A DNA stretch of 64,000 nucleotides, from assembly GCF_057098645.1 (NCBI RefSeq), contig NZ_CM169472.1, one strand, 5' to 3'. Under the pieces are notes generated by a model, which made no database searches, was not told the origin of the DNA, and saw only the letters and a list, made by a program, of their open reading frames with translations. Shown here one piece after another: positions 1-12,418 of the stretch (position 1 is its first letter; each line of letters opens with the position of its first letter). A program made the translations under genes and the position numbers.

Positions 1-962
1 TCACTGGCGACACGCATCACGCGCATCTGTAACGGCGGTACGACCGCAAAGGTTGCTGCGCCCCACACCACCATGCTAATAGCTGCGCCGAACTCATTGC
101 GGGCCAGGAACGGGATTGCCAGCATAATCACCATCAGCAGCAACAAAAAGCCTTTCAACGTGCCGTTAACTGAACGATCTGCCAGTTTGCCGCCGAGATA
201 GTTACCGATAGAGAATCCGACACCAATCAGCACCAGCATTGCCGTGACGAACACTGGTGTTGCGTGGGTAATACTTTGCAGTACCGGAGAGATATAGGTG
301 TAGAGAGTAAACATTGCACCAGCTCCCAGTACCGTCGTCAGCAATGCAGACAGCACCTGTGGACGCATTAATACCGCCAGCTCTTTTTTCACTTCAGGTC
401 GTGCCCCTGCACCACCTTTAGGTAATGAGAAGAACAGACTTACCATTGAAATCACGCCCAGCCCCGCCGTTGCCAGAAATGACATCCGCCAGCCGATGGT
501 TTCACCCAACCAGGTCGCCGCCGGCACGCCACCGATATTTGCCAGGGTTAACCCCATAAACATAGTGGCAACTGCGCTGGCCTGTTTATGTTTTGGCACC
601 ACGCTTGCGGCCACGACTGAACCCAAACCAAAAAATGCTCCGTGATTCAGGCTGGTCAAAATGCGTGAAAGCATCAGGGTCATATAATCCGGCGCGATGG
701 CGGAAAGTACGTTGCCTAGCGTGAAAATTGCCATCAGGAAAATCAACGCACTGCGGCGGGCACGATGAGAAAGTAGAAGCGTCATCAGCGGCGCGCCAAC
801 CATTACGCCAACTGCATAGGCACTGATTAACATTCCGGCAGCGGGAATCGAGACATCCACACCGCGCGCAATGACGGGCAACAAGCCCATTGGCGAGAAC
901 TCCGTTGTCCCGATACCAAACGCGCCAATCGCCAGCGCCAGCAACGGATAGTTAATTTTCAT
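1..962 (-). CDS. ydhP: MFS transporter YdhP, partial (3' end lies beyond window start)
   Basis: Minus-strand reading from ATG at 960-962 gives MKINYPLLALA..., matching remembered YdhP N-terminus; open frame continues to position 1. Confidence 0.85.
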   Translation of the reverse strand, partial: MKINYPLLALAIGAFGIGTTEFSPMGLLPVIARGVDVSIPAAGMLISAYAVGVMVGAPLMTLLLSHRARRSALIFLMAIFTLGNVLSAIAPDYMTLMLSRILTSLNHGAFFGLGSVVAASVVPKHKQASAVATMFMGLTLANIGGVPAATWLGETIGWRMSFLATAGLGVISMVSLFFSLPKGGAGARPEVKKELAVLMRPQVLSALLTTVLGAGAMFTLYTYISPVLQSITHATPVFVTAMLVLIGVGFSIGNYLGGKLADRSVNGTLKGFLLLLMVIMLAIPFLARNEFGAAISMVVWGAATFAVVPPLQMRVMRVAS

Positions 963-1127
963 GCCTTATCTCCACCTCTTCGCGTCATTACGCGATATTC
1001 ATTAAAGTGGCGAAAGCATGACAGCAATCACAAAAAAATGAAAATAACAAAAAGAGAAAACACTTTTGCCATTTTGCTAACAAACAGGAAGGAGATGCGA
1101 GGGAGAACGCGCTCCCTCGAGAGGAAA

Positions 1128-1217
1128 TCAGTGCAGCGCGGCAGTCAAACCCACGGCTACGATCAAACCGAGGACGATAATCGTTGTTACCAGTGAAAAT
1201 TTAAGGTCGGTGCTCAT
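1128..1217 (-). CDS. ynhF: 29-aa hydrophobic small membrane protein (MSTDLKFSLVTTIIVLGLIVAVGLTAALH)
   Basis: Short minus-strand ORF with an AAGGAG Shine-Dalgarno about 7 nt upstream of the ATG; single predicted TM helix; matches my memory of K-12 small protein YnhF. Confidence 0.55.
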   Translation of the reverse strand: MSTDLKFSLVTTIIVLGLIVAVGLTAALH

Positions 1218-1455
1218 CAAGTTTTCTCCTTTTTTATTACCACACAAAAAGTGATATTACGCATTTTTACACACTGTGATGAAAAAATCTCCCGTCATTT
1301 ATAATGATAAGTGTTTTTACCACTTCCCCTTTTCGTCAAGATCGGCCAAAATTCCACGCTTACACTATTTGCGTACTGGCCATTGACCCCTTCCTGACGC
1401 TCCGTGTCGTTTTTCCGGCGTACCGCAACACTTTTGTTGTGCGTAAGGTGTGTAA

Positions 1456-1471
1456 AGGCAAACGTTTACCT
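1456..1471. promoter_or_regulatory. PurR operator (PUR box) in purR 5' leader
   Basis: aGGCAAACGTTTACCt contains the GCAAACGTTT core of the PUR box; purR is known to be autoregulated. Confidence 0.55.
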
Positions 1472-1515
1472 TGCGATTTTGCAGGAGCTGAAGTTAGGGT
1501 CTGGAGTGAAATGGA

Positions 1516-2541
1516 ATGGCAACAATAAAAGATGTAGCGAAACGAGCAAACGTTTCCACTACAACTGTGTCACACGTGATCAACAAAACACGTTTCGTCG
1601 CTGAAGAAACGCGCAACGCCGTGTGGGCAGCGATTAAAGAATTACACTACTCCCCTAGCGCGGTGGCGCGTAGCCTGAAGGTTAACCACACCAAGTCTAT
1701 CGGTTTGCTGGCGACCAGCAGCGAAGCGGCTTATTTTGCCGAGATCATTGAAGCAGTTGAAAAAAATTGCTTCCAGAAAGGTTACACCCTGATTCTGGGC
1801 AATGCGTGGAACAATCTTGAGAAACAGCGGGCTTATCTGTCGATGATGGCGCAAAAACGCGTCGATGGTCTGCTGGTGATGTGTTCTGAGTACCCAGAGC
1901 CGTTGCTGGCGATGCTGGAAGAGTATCGCCATATCCCAATGGTGGTGATGGACTGGGGTGAAGCAAAAGCTGACTTCACCGATGCGGTCATTGATAACGC
2001 GTTCGAAGGCGGCTACATGGCCGGGCGTTATCTGATTGAACGCGGTCACCGCGAAATCGGCGTTATACCCGGCCCGCTGGAACGTAACACTGGCGCAGGC
2101 CGCCTTGCCGGTTTTATGAAGGCGATGGAAGAAGCAATGATCAAGGTGCCGGAAAGCTGGATTGTGCAGGGTGACTTTGAACCTGAATCCGGTTATCGCG
2201 CCATGCAGCAAATCCTGTCGCAGCCGCATCGCCCTACTGCCGTCTTCTGTGGTGGCGATATCATGGCAATGGGCGCACTTTGTGCTGCTGATGAAATGGG
2301 GCTGCGCGTCCCGCAGGATGTTTCGCTGATCGGTTATGATAACGTGCGCAACGCCCGCTATTTTACGCCGGCGCTGACCACGATCCATCAGCCAAAAGAT
2401 TCGCTGGGTGAAACAGCGTTCAACATGCTGTTGGATCGTATCGTCAACAAACGTGAAGAACCGCAGTCCATTGAAGTGCATCCGCGCTTGATTGAACGCC
2501 GCTCCGTGGCTGACGGCCCGTTCCGCGACTATCGTCGTTAA
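1516..2541 (+). CDS. purR: Purine repressor PurR (LacI family)
   Basis: 341-aa [27 protein letters not shown]... with N-terminal HTH; recognised as PurR. Confidence 0.97.
1543..1558. promoter_or_regulatory. Second PUR box-like operator inside purR coding sequence
   Basis: cgaGCAAACGTTTCCa near-consensus PUR box about 30 bp into the ORF; purR is reported to have an operator within its coding region. Confidence 0.5.
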
Positions 2542-3470
2542 TCACCCGTTGCGGGAGTCTCTTCCGGCTCCCGCAGCCACTCCTTATTCAGCGTCTCACT
2601 ATCGCCGAGATACTCAAGCAACCAGGTTAACGCAGGCGACATATCATTTTGCTGCCATGTCAGACAACATGCCGAATCCGGAAAGGGGTTTTCCAGTTCT
2701 AATGCTACCCACTTCCCCTCATTAAGCCACGGTTTGGCGAAATGTGTTGGCACCATCCCTATGCATAATCCTGCAGAGATACAGGTTGCCGATGATTCCC
2801 AGTCAGGTACGACAAGTCTTTTTTGGTTATCCAGCAACCAGGTAATACGTTTAGGTAGCGTTCGCGAGGTGTCTTCGCGCACCAACGACGGCCAGTTGCG
2901 CAACGTATCATCGCTGAACGGGCCATCCATCAACGCCAGCGGGTGGTGACTGGCAACAACGCAACTCCAGCTTAGCATCCCCATATCCCGGAAGGCATAA
3001 CGACCGCCTACCGGAATCGCGCGTGTTGCGCCAATCGCCAGTTCCACGCGCCCGTCGGAAAGCGCATCCCAGACACCGTTGAACACTTCCTGAAAGACAA
3101 GAAGTTCGACATCATCAAAATGGCGATAAAAATCAACGATCATCTGCCGTGTACGTTCTGGCCTGACAATATTATCCACTGCGATAGCTAACTGACCGCG
3201 CCAGCCGTTCGCTATCTGCTGACATTGCTGCCGAGTGATCTGCATTTTTTTGACAACAGAGCGCCCTTCTTTGAGAAACCACGCTCCGGCAGCGGTCAGC
3301 TCCACATCACGGTGCCGTCGTTCAAACAGCGGCACCGCCAGCCACTCTTCCAGCTGACGTACGGTATAGCTGACCGCAGAAGGAACGCGATGCAGCTCCT
3401 GTGCCGCAGCGCTAAAACTACCATTACGCGCTACCGCATCAACAACTTCGAGTGAATATTCTGACCACAT
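2538..3470 (-). CDS. ydhB: LysR-family transcriptional regulator YdhB (PunR)
   Basis: 310-aa minus-strand ORF with LysR-type N-terminal HTH; stop codon overlaps purR stop in a shared TTAA. Confidence 0.9.
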
Positions 3471-3582
3471 AGTCTGCCTGCAAAATTTTTGAAACCAGTC
3501 ATCAAATATTACCGTTTCACAACACTAATTTCACTCCCTACACTTTGCGGCGGTGTTTAATTGAGAGATTTAGAGAATATAC

Positions 3583-4794
3583 ATGCAACCTGGGAAAAGA
3601 TTTTTAGTCTGGCTGGCGGGTTTGAGCGTACTCGGTTTTCTGGCAACCGATATGTATCTGCCTGCTTTCGCCGCCATACAGGCCGACCTGCAAACGCCTG
3701 CGTCTGCTGTCAGTGCCAGCCTTAGTCTGTTCCTTGCCGGTTTTGCCGCAGCCCAGCTTCTGTGGGGGCCGCTCTCCGACCGTTATGGTCGTAAACCGGT
3801 ATTATTAATCGGCCTGACAATTTTTGCGTTAGGTAGTCTGGGGATGCTGTGGGTAGAAAACGCCGCTATGCTGCTGGTATTGCGTTTTGTACAGGCTGTG
3901 GGTGTCTGCGCCGCGGCGGTTATCTGGCAAGCGTTAGTAACGGATTATTATCCTTCACAGAAAGTTAACCGAATTTTTGCGACCATCATGCCGCTGGTGG
4001 GTCTGTCTCCGGCCCTGGCTCCTCTGTTAGGAAGCTGGCTGCTGGTCCATTTTTCCTGGCAGGCGATTTTCGCCACCCTGTTTGCCATTACCGTTGTGCT
4101 GATTCTGCCTATTTTCTGGCTCAAACCCACGACGAAGGCCCGTAACAATAGTCAGGATGGTCTGACCTTTACCGACCTGCTACGTTCTAAAACCTATCGC
4201 GGCAACGTGCTGATATACGCAGCCTGTTCAGCCAGTTTTTTTGCATGGCTGACCGGTTCACCGTTCATCCTTAGTGAAATGGGCTACAGCCCGGCAGTTA
4301 TTGGTTTAAGTTATGTCCCGCAAACTATCGCGTTTCTGATTGGTGGTTATGGCTGTCGCGCCGCGCTGCAGAAATGGCAAGGCAAGCAGTTATTACCGTG
4401 GTTGCTGGTGCTGTTTGCTGTCAGCGTCATTGCGACCTGGGCTGCGGGCTTCATTAGCCATGTGTCGCTGGTCGAAATCCTGATCCCATTCTGTGTGATG
4501 GCGATTGCTAATGGCGCGATCTACCCGATTGTTGTCGCCCAGGCGCTGCGTCCCTTCCCACACGCAACTGGTCGCGCCGCAGCGTTGCAGAACACTCTTC
4601 AACTGGGTCTGTGCTTCCTCGCAAGTCTGGTAGTTTCCTGGCTGATCAGTATCAGCACGCCATTGCTCACCACCACCAGCGTGATGTTATCAACAGTAGT
4701 GCTGGTCGCGCTGGGTTACATGATGCAACGTTGTAAAGAAGTTGGCTGCCAGAATCATGGCAATGCCGAAGTCGCTCATAGCGAATCACACTGA
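3583..4794 (+). CDS. ydhC: MFS transporter YdhC (PunC, purine nucleoside transport)
   Basis: 403-aa multi-TM ORF divergent from ydhB. Confidence 0.9.
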   Translation: MQPGKRFLVWLAGLSVLGFLATDMYLPAFAAIQADLQTPASAVSASLSLFLAGFAAAQLLWGPLSDRYGRKPVLLIGLTIFALGSLGMLWVENAAMLLVLRFVQAVGVCAAAVIWQALVTDYYPSQKVNRIFATIMPLVGLSPALAPLLGSWLLVHFSWQAIFATLFAITVVLILPIFWLKPTTKARNNSQDGLTFTDLLRSKTYRGNVLIYAACSASFFAWLTGSPFILSEMGYSPAVIGLSYVPQTIAFLIGGYGCRAALQKWQGKQLLPWLLVLFAVSVIATWAAGFISHVSLVEILIPFCVMAIANGAIYPIVVAQALRPFPHATGRAAALQNTLQLGLCFLASLVVSWLISISTPLLTTTSVMLSTVVLVALGYMMQRCKEVGCQNHGNAEVAHSESH

Positions 4795-5084
4795 TCTATA
4801 TCGATATACTTATACTTAGGCTGCTAACAAAATTTTGTTGTATGATTGAAATTAGCGGCCTATACTAATTTCGAGTTGTTAAAGCTACGATAAATATTAT
4901 GTTTTTACGGGGACAGGATCGTTCCCGACTCACTATGGATGGTCATTTCGGCAAGGGTTCTTCCTTTCCCTCTGTTCTACGTCGGATTATAGACTCGCGG
5001 TTTTTTCTGCGAGATTTCTCACAAAGCCCAAAAAGCGTCTACGCTGTTTTAAGGTTCTGATCACCGACCAGTGATGGAGAAACT
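4795..5084 (+). promoter_or_regulatory. cfa promoter and long 5' leader region
   Basis: 290-bp non-coding stretch upstream of cfa; cfa is known to have sigma70 and sigmaS promoters and an sRNA-targeted leader; exact sites not resolved by eye. Confidence 0.4.
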
Positions 5085-6233
5085 ATGAGTTCATCGTGTA
5101 TAGAAGAAGTCAGTGTACCGGATGACAACTGGTACCGTATCGCCAACGAATTACTTAGCCGTGCCGGTATAGCCATTAACGGTTCTGCCCCGGCGGATAT
5201 TCGTGTGAAAAACCCCGATTTTTTTAAACGCGTTCTGCAAGAAGGCTCTTTGGGGTTAGGCGAAAGTTATATGGATGGCTGGTGGGAATGTGACCGACTG
5301 GATATGTTTTTTAGCAAAGTCTTACGCGCAGGTCTCGAGAACCAACTCCCCCATCATTTCAAAGACACGCTGCGTATTGCCGGCGCTCGTCTCTTCAATC
5401 TGCAGAGTAAAAAACGTGCCTGGATAGTCGGCAAAGAGCATTACGATTTGGGTAATGACTTGTTCAGCCGCATGCTTGATCCCTTCATGCAATATTCCTG
5501 CGCTTACTGGAAAGATGCCGATAATCTGGAATCTGCCCAGCAGGCGAAGCTCAAAATGATTTGTGAAAAATTGCAGTTAAAACCAGGGATGCGCGTACTG
5601 GATATTGGCTGCGGCTGGGGCGGACTGGCGCACTACATGGCGTCTAATTATGACGTAAGCGTGGTTGGCGTCACCATTTCTGCCGAACAGCAAAAAATGG
5701 CTCAGGAACGCTGTGAAGGCCTGGATGTCACCATTTTGCTGCAAGATTATCGTGACCTGAACGACCAGTTTGATCGTATTGTTTCTGTGGGGATGTTCGA
5801 GCACGTCGGACCGAAAAATTACGATACCTATTTTGCGGTGGTGGATCGTAATTTGAAACCGGAAGGTATATTCCTGCTCCATACCATCGGTTCGAAAAAA
5901 ACCGATCTGAATGTTGATCCCTGGATTAATAAATATATTTTCCCGAACGGTTGCCTGCCCTCTGTACGCCAGATTGCTCAGTCCAGCGAACCCCACTTTG
6001 TGATGGAAGACTGGCATAACTTCGGTGCTGATTACGATACTACGTTGATGGCGTGGTATGAACGATTCCTCGCCGCATGGCCAGAAATTGCGGATAACTA
6101 CAGTGAACGCTTTAAACGAATGTTTACCTATTATCTGAATGCCTGTGCAGGTGCTTTCCGCGCCCGTGATATTCAGCTCTGGCAGGTGGTGTTCTCACGC
6201 GGTGTTGAAAACGGCCTTCGAGTGGCTCGCTAA
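5085..6233 (+). CDS. cfa: Cyclopropane-fatty-acyl-phospholipid synthase
   Basis: 382-aa ORF with SAM-binding motif VLDIGCGWGG; recognised as Cfa. Confidence 0.96.
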   Translation: MSSSCIEEVSVPDDNWYRIANELLSRAGIAINGSAPADIRVKNPDFFKRVLQEGSLGLGESYMDGWWECDRLDMFFSKVLRAGLENQLPHHFKDTLRIAGARLFNLQSKKRAWIVGKEHYDLGNDLFSRMLDPFMQYSCAYWKDADNLESAQQAKLKMICEKLQLKPGMRVLDIGCGWGGLAHYMASNYDVSVVGVTISAEQQKMAQERCEGLDVTILLQDYRDLNDQFDRIVSVGMFEHVGPKNYDTYFAVVDRNLKPEGIFLLHTIGSKKTDLNVDPWINKYIFPNGCLPSVRQIAQSSEPHFVMEDWHNFGADYDTTLMAWYERFLAAWPEIADNYSERFKRMFTYYLNACAGAFRARDIQLWQVVFSRGVENGLRVAR

Positions 6234-6243
6234 AGGCTATTCT

Positions 6244-6270
6244 ATCGCCCCCTCTCCGGGGGCGATTTCA
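6244..6270. terminator. Bidirectional rho-independent terminator between convergent cfa and ribC
   Basis: ATCGCCCCC-tctcc-GGGGGCGAT GC-rich inverted repeat followed by a T-rich tract. Confidence 0.6.
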
Positions 6271-6272
6271 GA

Positions 6273-6914
6273 TCAGGCTTCTGTACCTGGTTGATTCATG
6301 GCATTTTCTCGTGCCGCCAGCACACGTTCTACCGTATCTACCACTGCCTGAGTTTGTGGATCGATTTCAATGTTGACGCGTGCGCCAAGTTTTTTCTTCC
6401 CAAGAGTCGTGCGTTCCAGTGTTTCCGGAATTAAATGGACGCAAAAACGCGTTGGCGTGACTTCGCCGGCGGTCAGGCTAATACCGTCGATGCCAATAAA
6501 TCCTTTGTACAGGATATATTTCATCAACTGACTATCCTGGACTTTAAACCAGATCTGGCGATTATTTTCCGAGGTTAATATTTTCGCCACTTCAGCGGTG
6601 GTCATAATATGACCTGACATTAAGTGTCCGCCAATTTCATCACTGAATTTCGCCGCACGCTCAACGTTTACCCAATCCCCCACTTTTAAATCGCCAAGAT
6701 TGGTAATGCGCAACGTTTCTTTCATCAGGTCAAAACTGACATGGTTGCCGTTAATTTCCGTCACGGTCAGGCAGCAACCGTTATGCGCCACGGACGCACC
6801 GGTTTCCAGGCCGTCCAGCATGTGGTCGGGTAACTCCACCACATGCGTGCGAAAATTTGGTTTCTCGTCAATCGACACCAGTTTTGCGGTGCCCTGTACA
6901 ATCCCCGTAAACAT
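6273..6914 (-). CDS. ribC: Riboflavin synthase
   Basis: 213-aa [16 protein letters not shown]... with duplicated lumazine-binding halves. Confidence 0.95.
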   Translation of the reverse strand: MFTGIVQGTAKLVSIDEKPNFRTHVVELPDHMLDGLETGASVAHNGCCLTVTEINGNHVSFDLMKETLRITNLGDLKVGDWVNVERAAKFSDEIGGHLMSGHIMTTAEVAKILTSENNRQIWFKVQDSQLMKYILYKGFIGIDGISLTAGEVTPTRFCVHLIPETLERTTLGKKKLGARVNIEIDPQTQAVVDTVERVLAARENAMNQPGTEA

Positions 6915-7107
6915 ACTTACAACTCCTGAAATCAGTTAAGACATTCTGTTCAGCACAATAGCAGGTGGCAAACGCCCTTACCAGTGAAGGGGTAAGAATG
7001 ACTATTTTTTCACTGGAGAATTAATAAATCCTCGCTACAATAGACTGAATTTCCCCTGCTTCTTCTTTTTGCTGCCCATTCAGGCGGCTTTTTAGTCTCT
7101 CATATAA

Positions 7108-8502
<1,395 letters not shown>

Positions 8503-8509
8503 TAAAGAC

Positions 8510-8545
8510 AAGGCGCAACCTTCACGGGGTGCGCCTGTGTTTTTA
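8510..8545. terminator. Putative terminator between convergent mdtK and ydhQ
   Basis: AGGCGCA...TGCGCCT inverted repeat followed by GTGTTTTT. Confidence 0.4.
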
Positions 8546-9799
8546 CGCAGGCTGGAGCGTTGCGCCAATCCCGTCTTCGTCTGGCTGTAGTTTCAGTGCG
8601 TTACACAGAGTTTGCCGACTGGCATCTGTTATCTCAACGCGTATATCCCCGGTAACTTCCCCTTTCACATTGATGAAGTCAGGTGAAATTTCTTTCGCAC
8701 TGGTTTGCAGGCAAATCGCTCCCTCTCCGCGCAGGCGTTTCACTTTCAGTTGCACATGCGTTGCCGCACCAGTGATCAGCCACAGTTTTCCGCCATTCAG
8801 ATTGATGTTACCAACAATGAAAGTGACACTGTCACCTTTTACCGTACTGCCGTCGAGAATCAACACACCGCCCTGCTGTACAGTAATCGTTGATTGTTGC
8901 AGATCTGCGTCATAGCCAATAATCATTGAAGCGCCGTCCAGTAATGCAACACTCCCGGTCAGTTCAACCGGTGCGCGATCTTCCTCTACGACAAAATTTT
9001 CGTCCGCGCTGGTGGGTGACAACAGGATCACTGTTCCACCTTGTATTACCGCATTTTCCAGCGTACCGGCATGCACTTCAGCCCGACCACCCACATTCAC
9101 GGACAGGTTTTGCGTCTTACCGGAACTGTAGAGCTGAAGGCCATCCGTCCCCAGACGATAAATGGATCCATTCTCAACAATAGTGTCAGAGTCTTCACCA
9201 CCGAGATTATTCATGGTGCCACCAGCAAGCAACGTATCACTGGCTTTCCCGGCCAGCATAAAAACGCCGCCCTGATTAATCTCACAATTGCTGGCTTCCC
9301 CACCTGGATACACCAACAATTCACCACCTTCATCTACCACGACCGCTGAGGTTGTCCCATTAACCAACAGGCCGCCCTCTTGATCGAGAATGATTTTTTC
9401 CGCGCGATGTCCTTCCAGTACACGCAGGTTACCGCCATTTTCCAGCAACAAACCGCAGGCATAACCCTGATCAACGCTGAATTCACCTTCGGGATGGCGG
9501 CCATTAACCGTAGCGAGCGTAGAGAGACTAATTGCGCCTCCCTCGGACTGAACAATATCTGTGGCAATGGCACCGTCGCTGACCGATAGCGTGCCATTGT
9601 TACCGTACTGTGTGCATTTGGCGATCCCACCGGTTGCCACTTTCAACCAGCCAGCCCCCGTGACCACGGTATTTTCGGCTCTTCCGCCAGCTTCAACAAT
9701 CAACTCGCCTTCAGTAAGTTGCGTCGCGCCAATGACCTCGCCGATCTTAACAATTTGCACATTCCCGTCGCTCATCAAGTTTTTCGCATCAGACCCCAT
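8543..9799 (-). CDS. ydhQ: Autotransporter-passenger-like beta-helix protein YdhQ
   Basis: 418-aa Gly/Thr-rich repetitive ORF with no beta-barrel domain. Confidence 0.85.
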   Translation of the reverse strand: MGSDAKNLMSDGNVQIVKIGEVIGATQLTEGELIVEAGGRAENTVVTGAGWLKVATGGIAKCTQYGNNGTLSVSDGAIATDIVQSEGGAISLSTLATVNGRHPEGEFSVDQGYACGLLLENGGNLRVLEGHRAEKIILDQEGGLLVNGTTSAVVVDEGGELLVYPGGEASNCEINQGGVFMLAGKASDTLLAGGTMNNLGGEDSDTIVENGSIYRLGTDGLQLYSSGKTQNLSVNVGGRAEVHAGTLENAVIQGGTVILLSPTSADENFVVEEDRAPVELTGSVALLDGASMIIGYDADLQQSTITVQQGGVLILDGSTVKGDSVTFIVGNINLNGGKLWLITGAATHVQLKVKRLRGEGAICLQTSAKEISPDFINVKGEVTGDIRVEITDASRQTLCNALKLQPDEDGIGATLQPA

Positions 9800-10051
9800 G
9801 ATTTATTCCTTTGCTGCATCTGTGTGCCTTTATTGCTACCTAAGTGTAAAGGCTACGGAGGATTTATCCACGACAGATTTGAGATGGTGGCAAACAACTC
9901 TGTTTAAACTCTGATACACGAATTATTGGGTTGTATCAGATGTAAATGCGATCCTGAATAAAAATCGCCCTTGCAAATCAACAAAATATAGCCAATTTGC
10001 TTAAAAGCTCTGCAAATGGTCGAAATAGCGCAGAAAATTACGTTTTGCCTC

Positions 10052-10080
10052 TTGCCACCTTCCCACTCTGCCGCTAATAT
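10052..10080 (+). promoter_or_regulatory. valV-valW promoter (candidate sigma70 -35 and -10)
   Basis: TTGCCA, 17-bp spacer, TAATAT, then GC-rich discriminator TCGTCCCCG typical of stable-RNA promoters. Confidence 0.5.
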
Positions 10081-10106
10081 TCGTCCCCGTTGTCACCTAC
10101 AACGTT

Positions 10107-10183
10107 GCGTTCATAGCTCAGTTGGTTAGAGCACCACCTTGACATGGTGGGGGTCGTTGGTTCGAGTCCAATTGAACGCACCA
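10107..10183 (+). tRNA. valV: tRNA-Val (anticodon GAC)
   Basis: GCGTTCATAGCTCAGTTGGTTAGAGC...TTCGAGTCC...CGCACCA cloverleaf with encoded CCA. Confidence 0.92.
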
Positions 10184-10187
10184 TCCT

Positions 10188-10264
10188 GCGTCCGTAGCTC
10201 AGTTGGTTAGAGCACCACCTTGACATGGTGGGGGTCGGTGGTTCGAGTCCACTCGGACGCACCA
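10188..10264 (+). tRNA. valW: tRNA-Val (anticodon GAC), tandem copy
   Basis: GCGTCCGTAGCTCAGTTGGTTAGAGC...GGACGCACCA, 4 nt after valV. Confidence 0.92.
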
Positions 10265-10371
10265 GATTTTCTTAATCTGGTCTTCTACTTTTTCCCTCTG
10301 CTTCTTCTCTGTATCCAATACGTTAAAAGATTTACACTGTCTTCGTATGCGTTATCAGAAGGAGAATCGCT

Positions 10372-10677
10372 ATGGCAACTTTGTTACAACTTCATTTTTC
10401 TTTCAATGGCCCATTTGGCGACGCAATGGCTGAGCAGCTTAAACCGCTTGCTGAGTCGATTAATCAGGAACCTGGTTTTCTGTGGAAGGTATGGACCGAA
10501 AGTGAAAAGAACCACGAAGCCGGTGGGATCTACCTTTTCACTGATGAAAAAAGCGCCCTTGCCTATCTGGAAAAACACACTGCCCGACTGAAAAATCTCG
10601 GCGTTGAGGAAGTTATCGCCAAAGTTTTCGATGTCAATGAGCCACTGAGTCAAATCAATCAGGCAAAACTCGCCTGA
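10372..10677 (+). CDS. ydhR: Putative monooxygenase YdhR
   Basis: 101-aa [27 protein letters not shown]... Confidence 0.9.
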   Translation: MATLLQLHFSFNGPFGDAMAEQLKPLAESINQEPGFLWKVWTESEKNHEAGGIYLFTDEKSALAYLEKHTARLKNLGVEEVIAKVFDVNEPLSQINQAKLA

Positions 10678-10689
10678 CAGATTTTAATC

Positions 10690-10712
10690 AAGGGCGGTTA
10701 GCGCCCTTTTCA
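10690..10712 (+). terminator. Rho-independent terminator after ydhR
   Basis: AGGGCG-gttag-CGCCCT hairpin followed by TTTT. Confidence 0.7.
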
Positions 10713-10802
10713 TCCCTGTCTGAAATTTCTCAAATTCTAAAAATTTCAACCAAACTTATCTGATAACACTAAATTCGAAAGAATGCGTACAGGTAAGTAA
10801 CA

Positions 10803-12407
10803 ATGAAAAAAATTGCTATTGTGGGTGCCGGGCCTACGGGGATCTACACCTTATCCTCGCTTCTACAGCAACAAACTCCACTTTCTATTTCTATCTTCGA
10901 GCAGGCTGACGAGGCCGGTGTCGGGATGCCATACAGTGATGAGGAAAACTCAAAAATGATGCTGGCAAATATTGCCAGTATTGAAATACCGCCGATTTAT
11001 TGTACGTATCTCGAATGGCTACAAAAGCAAGAAGCCAGCCATCTCCAGCGTTATGGCGTTAAAAAAGAAACCTTGCACGATCGTCAGTTTTTACCGCGAA
11101 TTCTGCTGGGCGAATATTTCCGCGATCAATTTTTACGATTAGTAGACCAGGCACGAAAGCAAAAATTTGCAGTGGCTGTTTATGAATCATGCCAGGTTAC
11201 CGATCTGCAAATTACAAATGCTGGCGTCATGCTCGCTACAAATCAGGATTTACCCAGCGAGACGTTTGATTTAGCGGTGATTGCCACGGGTCACGTCTGG
11301 CCTGATGAAGAAGAAGCAATCCGAACGTATTTTCCCAGCCCGTGGTCAGGCCTGATGGAAGCAAAGGTCGATGCGTGTAACATGGGTATTATGGGAACAT
11401 CCTTGAGCGGACTGGATGCGGCAATGGCAGTGGCAATTCAGCATGGTTCGTTCATTGAAGATGATAAACAACACGTCGTTTTTCACCGCGATAACGCAAG
11501 TGAAAAGCTAAATATTACGTTAATGTCGCGCACGGGTATTTTACCCGAAGCCGATTTCTATTGCCCTATTCCCTACGAGCCCTTACACATCGTCACTGAT
11601 CAGGCATTAAATGCTGAGATTCAAAAAGGCGAATATGGCCTTTTGGATCGGGTATTTAGATTGATAGTAGAGGAAATCAAGTTTGCTGATCCAGACTGGA
11701 GCCAACGCATAGCCTTAGAGAGCCTGAATGTCGATTCCTTTGCTCAAGCCTGGTTTGCCGAGCGCAAACAACGCGACCCATTTGACTGGGCAGAAAAAAA
11801 TCTCCAGGAAGTCGAACGCAATAAACGAGAAAAACATACTGTTCCCTGGCGTTATGTCATTCTGCGCCTGCATGAAGCAGTACAGGAAATTGTTCCACAT
11901 CTGAATGAACACGACCATAAACGGTTCAGTAAAGGCCTTGCCCGGGTTTTCATCGATAATTATGCCGCAATCCCTTCAGAGTCTATTCGTCGGCTGCTGG
12001 CCTTACGTGAAGCGGGAATCATTCATATTCTCGCTCTCAGTGAAGACTACAAAATGGAAATTAACGAGTCGCGCACCGTCCTGAAAACGGAAGACAACAG
12101 CTACTCGTTTGACGTTTTTATTGATGCCCGCGGGCAGCGTCCGCTTAAAGTGAAAGATATTCCTTTCCCTGGACTACGCGAACAATTACAGAAAACAGGG
12201 GATGAAATCCCTGATGTTGGTGAAGATTATACGTTACAGCAACCCGAAGATATTCGTGGGCGCGTAGCGTTCGGCGCGTTGCCCTGGTTAATGCACGACC
12301 AGCCTTTCGTTCAGGGACTTACGGCATGTGCAGAAATTGGTGAGGCGATGGCTCGGGCGGTCGTAAAACCTGCATCCCTTGCTCGTCGGCGTCTTTCGTT
12401 TGATTAA
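10803..12407 (+). CDS. ydhS: FAD/NAD(P)-binding protein YdhS
   Basis: 534-aa ORF with N-terminal Rossmann motif IAIVGAGPTG. Confidence 0.9.
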   Translation: MKKIAIVGAGPTGIYTLSSLLQQQTPLSISIFEQADEAGVGMPYSDEENSKMMLANIASIEIPPIYCTYLEWLQKQEASHLQRYGVKKETLHDRQFLPRILLGEYFRDQFLRLVDQARKQKFAVAVYESCQVTDLQITNAGVMLATNQDLPSETFDLAVIATGHVWPDEEEAIRTYFPSPWSGLMEAKVDACNMGIMGTSLSGLDAAMAVAIQHGSFIEDDKQHVVFHRDNASEKLNITLMSRTGILPEADFYCPIPYEPLHIVTDQALNAEIQKGEYGLLDRVFRLIVEEIKFADPDWSQRIALESLNVDSFAQAWFAERKQRDPFDWAEKNLQEVERNKREKHTVPWRYVILRLHEAVQEIVPHLNEHDHKRFSKGLARVFIDNYAAIPSESIRRLLALREAGIIHILALSEDYKMEINESRTVLKTEDNSYSFDVFIDARGQRPLKVKDIPFPGLREQLQKTGDEIPDVGEDYTLQQPEDIRGRVAFGALPWLMHDQPFVQGLTACAEIGEAMARAVVKPASLARRRLSFD

Positions 12408-12418
12408 AGGTAAAGCTA

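Noticed and set aside
1642-2481. Long antisense ORFs inside known genes, for example 1642-2481 in purR, 19417-20358 in pykF, 12620-13366 in ydhT and 44535-44984 in ydiR
   Set aside because: They lie entirely within well-supported genes on the opposite strand, have odd composition and no ribosome-binding sites; they are by-products of GC-rich coding sequence.
10074-10262. 62-aa minus-strand ORF overlapping valV and valW
   Set aside because: It is the reverse complement of two tRNA genes and is repetitive because the tRNAs are near-identical.
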